This document shows positions 1-9,222 of a stretch of DNA of 64,000 nt, in pieces (position 1 is the stretch's first letter; every line of letters starts with the position of its first letter). The stretch spans positions 5,610 through 69,609 of the forward strand of contig CAYUUR010000003.1 in the NCBI GenBank assembly GCA_964448075.1, written 5' to 3'. This DNA is from an uncultured Candidatus Saccharibacteria bacterium. GTDB taxonomy: Bacteria; Patescibacteriota; Saccharimonadia; Saccharimonadales; CAYUUR01. Below the pieces are notes generated by a model. It saw only the letters and a program-made list of their open reading frames with translations, was not told the DNA's origin and did not search any database. Both the position numbers and the translations under genes were made by a program.

Positions 1-491
1 TCGACACCGACAACAACACGATAGAGCGTCAACCCAAGACAGCTGTGATTCTTGCTGTAGAACGTACAACGAATGGCAAGAAAGAGTACCTTTTTCAGGA
101 ACGGCTTAAGCAACCGTATTTTGGCTTTTGGGGCTTCGCAACAGGGAAGATTCGATGGGGTGAGACGATTATCCAGACTGCCGAGCGCGAACTACTTGAG
201 GAAACAGGCTTAACAGCAGACCACCGCATAGCCGGCGTGTATCATGAGATGGTCTATCAACAAGAGACAGGAGACCAGCTTGAAGACAAGATATTCTTTG
301 TCATCCAGTGCACCAATCCTAAAGGTAAGCTCCTGGACCGATTTGAGGGTGGTAGAAATGCCTGGATGGATCGAGAAGAAGCGCTCTCGCAGCCCAAGAT
401 ATTCACGAGCTTTGATATAGAGATTGATATTGTTGAATCCGATACGCCATTCATTGAGCGTACGGTTGAATACACTAAAGATCTGTTTTAG
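1..491 (+). CDS. NUDIX hydrolase (5' end runs off the window)
   Basis: The frame stays open from the window edge, with no stop upstream of the ORF-track start at 45. Nudix box GKIRWGETIIQTAERELLEETGL fits GX5EX7REUXEEXGU. Confidence 0.8.
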   Translation, partial: DTDNNTIERQPKTAVILAVERTTNGKKEYLFQERLKQPYFGFWGFATGKIRWGETIIQTAERELLEETGLTADHRIAGVYHEMVYQQETGDQLEDKIFFVIQCTNPKGKLLDRFEGGRNAWMDREEALSQPKIFTSFDIEIDIVESDTPFIERTVEYTKDLF

Positions 492-560
492 CGTAATTGA
501 TATTGACATACGCTTACGCTTGTGTTAACATAAGCATAGTTTCGAAAGAAACAAACATAT

Positions 561-616
561 AAAGAGAGGGTAATCTGAAATCTCGCAAGAGATGAATGAG
601 CCCTCTTTTTTGTTTG
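561..616 (+). terminator. Two-level hairpin plus T-run downstream of the NUDIX gene
   Basis: aaagagaggg (561-570) pairs with ccctcttttt (601-610). An inner hairpin atctc-gcaa-gagat sits at 580-593. The structure is followed by ttttttgtttgttt. Confidence 0.4.
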
Positions 617-668
617 TTTCGTCGAGAGAGTGATGGTGGGAAGCTATCAATTAACGGAGGTCAATACA

Positions 669-866
669 ATGGCTGGAACAAAGATGGGCGGCAAAGCTGC
701 TGCTTCTACAAACAAAACTAAGTATGGTTCAGACTTCTACGCGAAGATCGGTGCAATGGGCGGCAAAAAAGGCACAACCGGTGGCTTTTATGCTAACCGT
801 GAGCTCGCTCGTGTAGCTGGTGCAAAGGGCGGCCGTATTAGCCGTCGCACTAAAAAGACCGTCTAA
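669..866 (+). CDS. KGG-repeat general stress protein (YciG/GsiB-like)
   Basis: GGAGG at 655-659 precedes ATG 669. The product is small, basic and glycine-rich, with repeated GGK/KGG motifs (MGGKAAAS, MGGKKGTTGG, GAKGGRISRR). Confidence 0.6.
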   Translation: MAGTKMGGKAAASTNKTKYGSDFYAKIGAMGGKKGTTGGFYANRELARVAGAKGGRISRRTKKTV

Positions 867-886
867 CCCATCAGGGCACAGACAAG

Positions 887-916
887 AAAAGCTCTGGCAA
901 AAGCCAGAGCTTTTTC
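887..916 (+). terminator. Rho-independent terminator
   Basis: Stem gctctggc (891-898) pairs with gccagagc (903-910) around loop aaaa, followed by tttttc. Confidence 0.75.
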
Positions 917-1020
917 ATTGCCTACTCTTGGCGTATTGCGGCGTTGTCTAGCTGCGGTACGTCTTCACCGTACGAAGCGTACGGCTCCAGGCGTTCCTCG
1001 CAGACGCCACCGCTCTACAC

Positions 1021-1506
1021 TCAAGCCTGAAGGGTTAGATCTCGTGATTCAGGTTCGAGCTTTTTCCGATAGGCTCGGCAATGTCGAGTTGCAGAAACTG
1101 TCCACTCGCTACCACAGTTAAAGCATTGATATGTCCGGGCATCTTGCTGCAAACTAACATTGCCACAGGTCGGGCAGGTGCTCCTTTGATGTAGCCAGTC
1201 GCGGTAGGTGTCTAGGCAATCCTGAATGTGGTCTTCGTCTATGGCGCAGTCAAATGTATGAGCAAGTTTTTTTGCTTGTTCCCAAGCTTCAACTTCCATT
1301 TGTAAGAGCGCAAAGTCGTTTTCATAGTTCGTGTGTTGCAGGGTGGCGTGGCCGAGTTCGTGTAGCAATGACCAGATACCCTGAGTAGACTCCGCATGGG
1401 CAATATAATAGACAGTTTGTTGTTGAGATGACCACGAAAAGACCGTACCTTCACTAAATGTAAGCTCAGGATAAGTTTTTCTGAGCTGGCTAAGTAGTGT
1501 TTTCAT
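1021..1506 (-). CDS. Putative zinc metallopeptidase (HExxH; ImmA/IrrE- or SprT-like) with C-terminal zinc ribbon
   Basis: LLHELGHATLQH motif, plus a CPTCG...CFNCG pair near the C-terminus. Its start overlaps the upstream kinase gene by 17 nt. Confidence 0.45.
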   Translation of the reverse strand: MKTLLSQLRKTYPELTFSEGTVFSWSSQQQTVYYIAHAESTQGIWSLLHELGHATLQHTNYENDFALLQMEVEAWEQAKKLAHTFDCAIDEDHIQDCLDTYRDWLHQRSTCPTCGNVSLQQDARTYQCFNCGSEWTVSATRHCRAYRKKLEPESRDLTLQA

Positions 1507-2308
1507 TGTGCTGTTTCATAAGCGTTAGGCAACCGTACACCACAGCTTCTTCCGAGCGCTTTGCTTCGATAATGGGAGGTATTGGCGTAAGAGGCGTGCT
1601 GAACTTTTTTAGCTCGGAAAGAAGGGGAGCTTTAAATTTGTCGTAATGCTGCCCAACGCCACCGCCTAGAATAACAATATCTGGGCGCACGATGACGATG
1701 TTATCGATCAGTCCAATGGCTATATTTCGTGCGATACTTTTCCATGATTCTGGATCAGTAATTTCACTAGCTAACATACCGTACTTTGCTTTGATTGCTT
1801 TACCAGAGGCAAACTTTTCCCAGCGCATAGGTTTACCGTCATGTTCAAGTACGATCTGTCCGCCTTCTGTGTCTTGAAAGTCAGGGTCAATTATACCGTT
1901 TGTGATAACACCAGTGCCGATACCGGTGCTGATTGTCACATAAAGCACTCGGTTATAATCATGTTTGACGTTTTGTGCTTCGTAAAGACCAGCAAGTTTT
2001 GCGTCGTTTTCTATAATTACATTTAGGTTGACTATTCGAGAGATGTCTCTTTGGATTGGTACGTTCTTCCAGGGGAGGTTGCCGCAGGCAATGACAATGC
2101 CTTTTTCGCGATCGAGTCGCCCGGGTACTGCGGTTACGCAGTGCGTAAAGGATGATTTGTTGATTGATCGTATTTGTGAGGAGAGTTCCTTAATGAAGTC
2201 ATCGTAATCAGGGGGTGTTGGAAACCGTTGCTCGGCTACAAGATGGCCCGTGTCATCAAACACGGCGAGTAAGGTCTTACTCCCTCCAATATCAACCGCC
2301 AACTTCAT
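1490..2308 (-). CDS. ROK-family / glucokinase-like sugar kinase
   Basis: N-terminal KLAVDIGGSKT phosphate-1 motif, ENDAKLAG, and ISTGIGTGVI. Start moved to ATG 2308 (MKLAVDIGG); the ORF track offers 2338. Confidence 0.7.
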   Translation of the reverse strand: MKLAVDIGGSKTLLAVFDDTGHLVAEQRFPTPPDYDDFIKELSSQIRSINKSSFTHCVTAVPGRLDREKGIVIACGNLPWKNVPIQRDISRIVNLNVIIENDAKLAGLYEAQNVKHDYNRVLYVTISTGIGTGVITNGIIDPDFQDTEGGQIVLEHDGKPMRWEKFASGKAIKAKYGMLASEITDPESWKSIARNIAIGLIDNIVIVRPDIVILGGGVGQHYDKFKAPLLSELKKFSTPLTPIPPIIEAKRSEEAVVYGCLTLMKQHNENTT

Positions 2309-2369
2309 GCTCTCTAGTATACAAACATGCCCGCGCAAAGCCTATAGAGTTTTCTGGTGCAATAGAGTT

Positions 2370-2398
2370 TTGACTTTCAGGGGTACAACAGATATAAT
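2370..2398 (+). promoter_or_regulatory. Sigma70-type promoter for rpsA
   Basis: TTGACT (2370-2375), 17-nt spacer, TATAAT (2393-2398). A direct repeat atagagtttt occurs at 2344 and 2362 just upstream. Confidence 0.6.
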
Positions 2399-2475
2399 AC
2401 CCGCTAACTAACAAACGCTTTTACGTGACTGTATTGGAGTTTGTCAGAATACACAACAAGGAGGACTTGGCCCTA

Positions 2476-3537
2476 ATGCCAAAAACAGCAATAACAATGG
2501 ATGACCTGTTAGCTCAGCATGAGATAGCTCAGCTGAAAACAGGCGAAGTAATAGAGGGGACTGTCACCTCAGTGCGCAAGCACGAAATCTGGATTGACCT
2601 CGGTGCAAACGGTATGGGAATCGTTATGCGACGTGAAGTTGGTCACGGACAGAAAATTGAGGAAGGACAGAAGGTTACCACTAGTGTAATCGATCCTGAG
2701 ATGGACGAAGGCTATGCGCTCCTAAGCATGCGTCGTGCCGCTAAGGACCGAGGTTGGGACGAATTACAAAAAGTATTCGAAGCCGGCGATATCATTGAGG
2801 TCGAACCTTATGACGCTAACCGTGGCGGACTACTTATCGAACTGGAAGGAATCCGCGGATTCTTGCCTGTTTCACAGTTATCAGCTGGTCACTACCCTCG
2901 AGTATCTGGCGCTGATAAGGATGAGATTCTGCAGAAGCTGAATGCTTTAACCAAGCAAAAACTTCGTGTACGGATTCTCGATGTGAGCCGCAAAGACAAC
3001 AAACTGATCTTCTCTGAAAAAGAAGCGATGAAGGACGACATGCAAGAGCGTTTCTCTGAGCTCAAGGTAGGAGACACAGTTAAGGGTGTCGTTACCGGTG
3101 TTATCGACTTCGGTGCATTCGTCAATGTTGACGGCATTGAAGGTCTCATTCACATCTCAGAAATTTCATGGGAACGTGTAGAAGACCCTCGTAAATACCT
3201 CAAGACTGGTGAAGAAGTGGAAGCAAAAATCATTGCTATCGACAAAGACCGCTTGAGCTTGAGTCTGAAGCAGATGCAAGAAGATCCATGGCTCCAGGAA
3301 GTTAAAGCCTTCAAAAAAGGCGATAGCGTCGAAGGCAAAGTCACTCGCATTACGCCGTTTGGTGCATTCGTACAGCTCAGTGCAGCTGTAGAGGCATTGG
3401 TACATGTATCTGAAATGGGTGATGGTGACGATACTAACCCAGAAGAAGTATTCCGACTGAACGAAAAGAAGCAGTTCAAGGTGCTCGATATCGACACTGA
3501 CAACCGCAAAATCGCGCTTAGTCTTAAAGACAAGTAA
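2476..3537 (+). CDS. rpsA: 30S ribosomal protein S1 (four S1 domains)
   Basis: Repeated S1 OB-fold modules (GxVxG.V..v...g.fVdl/GiEGliHiSE). AAGGAGGA lies upstream of ATG 2476. Confidence 0.85.
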   Translation: MPKTAITMDDLLAQHEIAQLKTGEVIEGTVTSVRKHEIWIDLGANGMGIVMRREVGHGQKIEEGQKVTTSVIDPEMDEGYALLSMRRAAKDRGWDELQKVFEAGDIIEVEPYDANRGGLLIELEGIRGFLPVSQLSAGHYPRVSGADKDEILQKLNALTKQKLRVRILDVSRKDNKLIFSEKEAMKDDMQERFSELKVGDTVKGVVTGVIDFGAFVNVDGIEGLIHISEISWERVEDPRKYLKTGEEVEAKIIAIDKDRLSLSLKQMQEDPWLQEVKAFKKGDSVEGKVTRITPFGAFVQLSAAVEALVHVSEMGDGDDTNPEEVFRLNEKKQFKVLDIDTDNRKIALSLKDK

Positions 3538-3575
3538 CAAAAAACCTAACGAACGAAAACGAAAGGAGTGCGTCA

Positions 3576-5336
3576 ATGGCTGAAAGAAGCATCGAAGTTG
3601 AGAGTATGATCACCGTTGGCGCGCTCGCTGAGCGTCTCCAGATACCGGCTACCAAGCTTATCGCTGAGCTCATGAAAAACGGCATCATGGCCACTATCAA
3701 TGAACGCATTGATTTTGAGACTGCTCAGATTATCGTTGAAGAGCTCGGTCTTGAAGTTGAACTGTCACGCAAGGCTGCCGAAACATCCAAGCCAGCTCGC
3801 GTTAAGCGTGTCGCCAGCGACAAAGCTGGCACGCGTCCGCCTGTCGTTGCGGTTATGGGTCATGTTGACCACGGTAAGACCTCGCTATTGGATGCAATCC
3901 GTAGTGCAGACGTCGCTAAGGGCGAAGCAGGTGGTATCACGCAACATATTTCTTCGTATCAGATTACGCATGATGGTCGCAAGATTACCTTTTTGGACAC
4001 ACCCGGACACGAGGCTTTTGCAGCACTCCGTGAGCACGGCGCTCAACTAACAGACCTCGTTATCATTGTTGTGGCTGCTGATGATGGTATTAAACCTCAA
4101 ACGCTTGAGGCGATTCGTTTTGCGCGCAAAGCTGGCGTCAAGATGATCGTTGCAATCAACAAAATCGACAAAGAAGGCGCTGACGCAAATCGCGTGAAGC
4201 AACAGCTTGCTGAAAACGACCTCATGATTGAAGAATGGGGTGGTGAGACCATTGCAGTTGAGGTATCCGCCAAGACTAAGCAGAATGTCCCTGAACTACT
4301 CGATATGGTACTTTTGCTGGCTGACGTCGAAGAACTCAAAGCGGATATTGATGTGCCCGCAAGGGGATTGGTTATTGAAGCGCATATGGAGCAAGGCCGT
4401 GGTTCTGTAGCGATCGCTCTAGTAGAAGAAGGTATCCTTAAGCCCGGTACGTTTGTTGTTGCCGGTAGTGCATATGGCAAAGTCCGTAATCTCGAAGCAA
4501 CTGATGGTACGCCACTCAAAGAAGCTGGTCCGTCTACCCCTGTAGTCCTGACAGGGTTCAAGGTATTGCCGGAGTTTGGCGATGAGTTCGCGGTTGTAAA
4601 GAATGAAAAAGAGGCCAAGCATCTGTCGGAGTTGGCCAAGCAGAATAAATCAATGAGCGGTGGCCTTCAGATGAGCGGTAACGAGCTCCTCAGGATTATT
4701 AATCGCAGTAACGAGCTTCAAGAACTCAACATCATTGTTAAAGCAGACGTCCAGGGTTCACTAACCTCAGTCATTGATAGCCTCAAGACCCTAGACACAG
4801 AAGAAGTCGCAATCCGCGTGGTTGGCTCCGGCGTTGGTGCTGTCAGCGACAGCGATGTGCACATGGCACACAGCAGTAATGCAATTATCTATGGATTCAA
4901 TGTCGAAGTTTCAACTGCCATCAAGCAAATAGCCAGTCGTGACAGGGTTTCGGTCCGACTTTATAAAGTGATATACGAACTCATCGACGACGCAAAAGAA
5001 GAACTCAGTCGCCTGTTGAGTCCAGAGATCGTCGAAACAGAACTTGGTCGCTTAGTGGTTAAGGGAATATTTAAAACATCCAAAACAGAAGTTATTTGTG
5101 GCGGTGAGGTTACAAAGGGTAAGCTGACCGTGCCTGCGCTGGCGCGCGTTATGCGTGGCAAGGAAAAGCTGGCCGAGGTAGAAGTCATTAACCTCAAGAA
5201 GGGCCCGCAGGATGCCAAAGAAGTCTTTGAAGGTGAAATGTGCGGTATGAGCCTCAAGACCACTGGTCGACTAGCACTTGAAGAAGGCGATCACATTGAA
5301 TTCTTCAGTCGAGAAGCCGTTACCCGTACACTCTAG
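3576..5336 (+). CDS. infB: Translation initiation factor IF-2 (short N-terminus)
   Basis: GTPase motifs GHVDHGKTSLLD, DTPGHEAF and NKID, followed by C-terminal IF-2 domains. Confidence 0.95.
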   Translation: MAERSIEVESMITVGALAERLQIPATKLIAELMKNGIMATINERIDFETAQIIVEELGLEVELSRKAAETSKPARVKRVASDKAGTRPPVVAVMGHVDHGKTSLLDAIRSADVAKGEAGGITQHISSYQITHDGRKITFLDTPGHEAFAALREHGAQLTDLVIIVVAADDGIKPQTLEAIRFARKAGVKMIVAINKIDKEGADANRVKQQLAENDLMIEEWGGETIAVEVSAKTKQNVPELLDMVLLLADVEELKADIDVPARGLVIEAHMEQGRGSVAIALVEEGILKPGTFVVAGSAYGKVRNLEATDGTPLKEAGPSTPVVLTGFKVLPEFGDEFAVVKNEKEAKHLSELAKQNKSMSGGLQMSGNELLRIINRSNELQELNIIVKADVQGSLTSVIDSLKTLDTEEVAIRVVGSGVGAVSDSDVHMAHSSNAIIYGFNVEVSTAIKQIASRDRVSVRLYKVIYELIDDAKEELSRLLSPEIVETELGRLVVKGIFKTSKTEVICGGEVTKGKLTVPALARVMRGKEKLAEVEVINLKKGPQDAKEVFEGEMCGMSLKTTGRLALEEGDHIEFFSREAVTRTL

Positions 5337-5378
5337 TTCTTCACTTCTGTTGTCAAAAATGTTATAGTGACCTCTGTT

Positions 5379-6821
5379 ATGGAAAATCGTATTCCGCAGA
5401 CAGAAAACAGAGATGACGAAGAAGTCTTTTCGCAGCCAAAACGACGCAAGCCGTTTGAAGTTCTGCGTGATTGGGTGCAGTACAAAGAACTCGACGAGCA
5501 TGTTGAGGACGACGAAGAAGATGATGATGACACCCCAGAAGCCGCTAAAAGGGGCAAAATTAGCCGTGTTTTTCGTACTTTCTTTAAAAAGAATGTAGAG
5601 AAAACAGCAGTTTCACCTGCTGATCAACAGCCACCAATAGAGGCTGGTATTATCGGTAACGTTGTTGAAGTAACACCGTCTTTTGATAGAATCGATGAAC
5701 TTTCTGAACAAGAAAGTGATTCGTTGCCACAAATTGAGTCTGCTCCGACTGATGAAGTTGCTGAGCAGGCATCAAATATCCCTGAGCAAGATGAGACCGA
5801 AGAGGACGAGGCTACAGTAATCACTGGATCCAAGCGTGCTGCCCCAGTAACGCCTGTTCCTCCCAACGTACTGAATGCTGCGCCAAACCAGAACTATAAC
5901 CAAGCGCCGCAACCCGTGACCGCTAACACAGTTGCTAACACGCCGCCAAACCCAGGGGCAGAGGCGAACAATACGTCTCCAGTAACAGGGGTAGGCTACA
6001 GTCCCGACCAGGCACCACAACAAACTTTTATTTCTTATGAACGCAAAAACGGAGCAGCTCTTGCCGCATTCATTGGTGCGGAATATCTCAGTCGACGCCG
6101 CGACCGCAAACAAAAAGAACGTATAAAAGACCTCGAAAAAAGCAGGAAGACGTCAGAGCGAACACAAAAGAAAGCTGCCGAACAGATAGCTCAGATGGAG
6201 CGAAAGATGAGAGAAACTGCTCTGAGGCAGCCGGTTGCGGAGAGAATCGTAACACCACCGCGCAGGCCAGAACAATCCTCAACACACACGGCTGAGCGAA
6301 GGCCAGTTATGCCCACAACGAAGCCAGAGCGCCCCCGTGCGCCAGAAAAGCAGCCTGAGCCTGAAGTATCTCATCCGCAGTCAATTAAGGAAGTGCTCGA
6401 AGCACGACAGCCTGTGCGCGCTGAAAGACCCCCAGAACCACCAAAGCTAGACTTTGAGCAACCTAAACCAGTCGAACGCCTAGACCAAGAGGATATTCTG
6501 GTAGCAGCAGAGAAGTTAGCCGAACGTGCCAACGACGGTACGACACATGAGATCTTTGATGAGCGCCGTCATGAGATCAAAGACGACAAAACATCGCCAT
6601 TAGCAGCGGCCGGAGTGGCTTCTCAGGGTATTATCGAGCCTCCCCAGCAACAAACATTTGTGAATCCGACGGCACAGGCTCCCACCAGGTTGGTCAACGC
6701 CCAGGGGTCGTCAGATACTAAGCCCGACTCTAAGGCGGGGCTCCTATCTCAACGCTCTGCTTTGTGGACAGCGCTTGTTATCGGCGTTGTTTTTGCAGTC
6801 ATGCTGATACTCTTCAGATAA
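5379..6821 (+). CDS. Hypothetical low-complexity protein: acidic N-terminus, P/Q/E/R-rich middle, C-terminal TM anchor
   Basis: Long ORF beginning 43 nt after the infB stop. EDDEEDDDDTPE acidic run, a K/R/E-rich helical stretch, PEPxxP repeats, and a terminal hydrophobic helix ALWTALVIGVVFAVMLILF. ATG 5379 is preferred over GTG 5367 because TGTTATAGT (5360-5368) reads as an extended -10. Confidence 0.55.
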   Translation: MENRIPQTENRDDEEVFSQPKRRKPFEVLRDWVQYKELDEHVEDDEEDDDDTPEAAKRGKISRVFRTFFKKNVEKTAVSPADQQPPIEAGIIGNVVEVTPSFDRIDELSEQESDSLPQIESAPTDEVAEQASNIPEQDETEEDEATVITGSKRAAPVTPVPPNVLNAAPNQNYNQAPQPVTANTVANTPPNPGAEANNTSPVTGVGYSPDQAPQQTFISYERKNGAALAAFIGAEYLSRRRDRKQKERIKDLEKSRKTSERTQKKAAEQIAQMERKMRETALRQPVAERIVTPPRRPEQSSTHTAERRPVMPTTKPERPRAPEKQPEPEVSHPQSIKEVLEARQPVRAERPPEPPKLDFEQPKPVERLDQEDILVAAEKLAERANDGTTHEIFDERRHEIKDDKTSPLAAAGVASQGIIEPPQQQTFVNPTAQAPTRLVNAQGSSDTKPDSKAGLLSQRSALWTALVIGVVFAVMLILFR

Positions 6822-6858
6822 GCGTTAGTTGTAATATCGCCAGAACATGGTTATATCG

Positions 6859-6887
6859 TTGACATTTTTAACTATTTATGCTTAAAT
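6859..6887 (+). promoter_or_regulatory. Sigma70-type promoter
   Basis: TTGACA (6859-6864), 17-nt spacer, TTAAAT (6882-6887). GAAAGGAAG SD lies before ATG 6932. Confidence 0.5.
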
Positions 6888-6931
6888 GTGTGGGTAAAAT
6901 TCATTATTGATTCGAAAGGAAGAATCGCGCG

Positions 6932-8665
6932 ATGACCAACTTAGATAAAGCTCCTCAGATTGACCCAGCTGCAACGCAGCAACAGTTTGCAGATGTCTAC
7001 AACCAGCTTGGTGTAGCCATGCAGACAGCAGTTGAAAACCAAGCCGATAAAGTAGAACAGGCGTATGTAGATGGTGTTGCCGATGGTAATGTCCCTGCAG
7101 AACTAGACAGCGATCATGTTCGTGGTCTTCACCAAGAAGTTCTCACTAACAAGAACGCTCAGGACGTAACAGAGGCAGCTTCTGAAGTTCAAAAACTTGA
7201 AGCAAAACTACAGAATCCACTACTCAGAACTGAAGAACGGACTAAGCTAGAAAACGAGCTTAATGAGTGGAAGGGTATACACGCTGACGTTCAGACAGAA
7301 CGACAGAAGGATGTAGACTCCTTTAGGGATCTAATTAATGCTGAAGCGCATGCCAAAGTAGAAGATGATATGTATGCTCGTGAAGACGAGTTCTGGGGCC
7401 CTGCATATGCTGGCGCAAACCCAACTGCCAAGCCAGAGAAACAGGTACAGACTGATGGCGTAAAAGTCAGCTTAGATAAAGCTGCTGAAGTACCAAAGTC
7501 TGGCTCTGCGGACAAAAAAGAGAAGAACTTCGACAATATGAGCCCATCTGAGAAGCTTGAGATGATTGCTAAGGCAGAAGCTATGCTCAAAGCAAGTATC
7601 GCTCAAGCAAATGAACGAGGCGATCAAAAAGAACTGGACGAGCTTAAGAAACAAAAAGAACAGATACATGATTTAAAGAACGAGGCGCTCGAAGCTAAGT
7701 TTAAGGATGTTTCAAACGAAGATTTGCGAGCTCAGCTTGAGAACTTAACTGCTGAAGCTGACATGGTTGAACATAACCAAGTTCGTGATGAGATGCAAAG
7801 ACGCTTCGCTGAAGCTCGTGCGCAAGATGAAGGTGCAGTGCAAGAAGGCGGACCAGTCGCTGCAGAAGGCAAAAAACTCTTCACCGAGATGAATCCTTCA
7901 GAGAAGCTTGTGAGAATTGCTGAAATGGAAGCAATGTTTGACGCAAACATTGCTCAAGCAACTGATCAAAGCGAACTTGACGCGCTTTATCACCAGAAGG
8001 CTCAGATGCAAGTACTAAGAAACGAAGCTCTAAAAGCAATGTTCGAAGGTGTTTCAGACGAAGATCTACAGAATAAGTACGATAGCTTAACTGATGAAGC
8101 TGATAAGGACGAGCGTGAGCAGGTTCGCTTGGAGATGTGGCGTCGCTATGGTGAAGCTAATGCACAGAATGACGGCTCACAGGCTACTCCTGAAGCACAG
8201 CCAGCGGGCAAAAAAGGTTGGATGAAGCGGATAAAAGACCGTGTTAAAGGGTCACGTGCAACTACTGCGGTGCTAACTGGTAACGTCGTAGATGGCGGTA
8301 ACGGTGGCGACGGCAACAACGACACACCAGAGCGCTCACGACGTCGTGGTTGTGGCCCAATACTTGGTGCAGCAGCACTTGTTGCTGCAGCCGTAGCCTT
8401 CGGTGTTGTAGCTAAGCAAAAAGGATGGGATATTAACCCGTTTGATGGCGATGGCTTCTCATTCGACAATGGTACTGGCATAAAGAGTCCTTACAACGAG
8501 AAGTTCTACGACTATATCAGTGGCACAGCTGAGTTCAAAGAGGCTAACCCAACCGTAACTTTGCCTAGCGGTGAAGTAGTGAGCTGGATCCCTGACGCTC
8601 CAAACTATGATCTTACGGCGTACGATCAGTACATGAATAGTCTTATTGACCAAATGAACAGCTAG
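6932..8665 (+). CDS. Hypothetical coiled-coil protein with TM helix near the C-terminus and a small extracytoplasmic tail domain
   Basis: E/K/Q/A-rich heptad-like sequence. TM helix ILGAAALVAAAVAFGVVA, then a ~95-aa aromatic/Gly/Asp-rich tail. Contains an internal tandem duplication. Confidence 0.55.
   Translation: MTNLDKAPQIDPAATQQQFADVYNQLGVAMQTAVENQADKVEQAYVDGVADGNVPAELDSDHVRGLHQEVLTNKNAQDVTEAASEVQKLEAKLQNPLLRTEERTKLENELNEWKGIHADVQTERQKDVDSFRDLINAEAHAKVEDDMYAREDEFWGPAYAGANPTAKPEKQVQTDGVKVSLDKAAEVPKSGSADKKEKNFDNMSPSEKLEMIAKAEAMLKASIAQANERGDQKELDELKKQKEQIHDLKNEALEAKFKDVSNEDLRAQLENLTAEADMVEHNQVRDEMQRRFAEARAQDEGAVQEGGPVAAEGKKLFTEMNPSEKLVRIAEMEAMFDANIAQATDQSELDALYHQKAQMQVLRNEALKAMFEGVSDEDLQNKYDSLTDEADKDEREQVRLEMWRRYGEANAQNDGSQATPEAQPAGKKGWMKRIKDRVKGSRATTAVLTGNVVDGGNGGDGNNDTPERSRRRGCGPILGAAALVAAAVAFGVVAKQKGWDINPFDGDGFSFDNGTGIKSPYNEKFYDYISGTAEFKEANPTVTLPSGEVVSWIPDAPNYDLTAYDQYMNSLIDQMNS
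7514..8177 (+). repeat. In-frame tandem duplication of a ~105-aa module inside the coiled-coil gene
   Basis: Copy 1 (7514-7834) reads KKEKNFDNMSPSEKLEMIAKAEAML...RRFAEARAQDEG. Copy 2 (7871-8177) reads KKLFTEMNPSEKLVRIAEMEAMF...RRYGEANAQNDG. The two are collinear by eye. Confidence 0.8.
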
Positions 8666-8756
8666 TAACGACCAGGTACTCTTACTCAGCACTGTTTGTA
8701 GTGGACTGATTAGCTACAAACGGCTACAATAGCAAACATAAAAAGGAACAATACCC

Positions 8757-9218
8757 ATGTTTAAACTCGATGACAATCTACTGCAGGAACTTGGCCTTGG
8801 AACACTTCCACCGGCAGAGAAGAACCGCATGCTCGCTCATATCTATGAAACACTGGAAATGCGCGTCGGTATGCGTCTCGCAGAACAGATGACAAATGAG
8901 CAGCTTGATGAGTTTGAGCGCTTCATTGACGCCAATGACGAAGCTGGCGCACTAAAGTGGCTTGAGACTAACTTTCCTAATTACAAGAATGTTGTAGCTG
9001 AAGAGCTTGAAAAGCTCAAGGCAGAGATAAAGACCGCTGCACCGCAGATTGTTGCAGCAAGTCAGCAAGCACAGGCTGCAATGCCTCCCGCCGGTGCTGT
9101 TCCGCCTGCACCAGCTGCAGATGCACAGCCAAACGCTCCGGTTCCGCCGCAGAATCCCGCTGACAATTGGCAGCAACCCCAGCCACCACAAGCACCACCC
9201 GCTGCACCGCAGCAATAA
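8757..9218 (+). CDS. Hypothetical protein: helical N-domain plus P/Q/A-rich tail
   Basis: AAAGGAA lies before the ATG. The N-terminal ~95 aa look globular and helical (from memory, reminiscent of DUF5663-type CPR proteins; unverified). The C-terminal ~55 aa are PQA low complexity. Confidence 0.5.
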   Translation: MFKLDDNLLQELGLGTLPPAEKNRMLAHIYETLEMRVGMRLAEQMTNEQLDEFERFIDANDEAGALKWLETNFPNYKNVVAEELEKLKAEIKTAAPQIVAASQQAQAAMPPAGAVPPAPAADAQPNAPVPPQNPADNWQQPQPPQAPPAAPQQ

Positions 9219-9222
9219 AGTT

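Noticed and set aside
918-1121. 67-aa Arg-rich ORF downstream of the KGG gene
   Set aside because: It starts at a non-ATG codon right after a strong terminator and overlaps the 3' end of the convergent HExxH gene. Its composition (R/L/P-rich) is typical of a spurious frame.
4097-4639. 180-aa antisense ORF within infB, and similar ones in the LCP gene (35907-36575), lysS (50809-51321) and ftsZ (16538-16965)
   Set aside because: Each lies fully inside a confidently identified conserved gene on the opposite strand. The Ser/Ala/Thr-rich products are typical of antisense frames.
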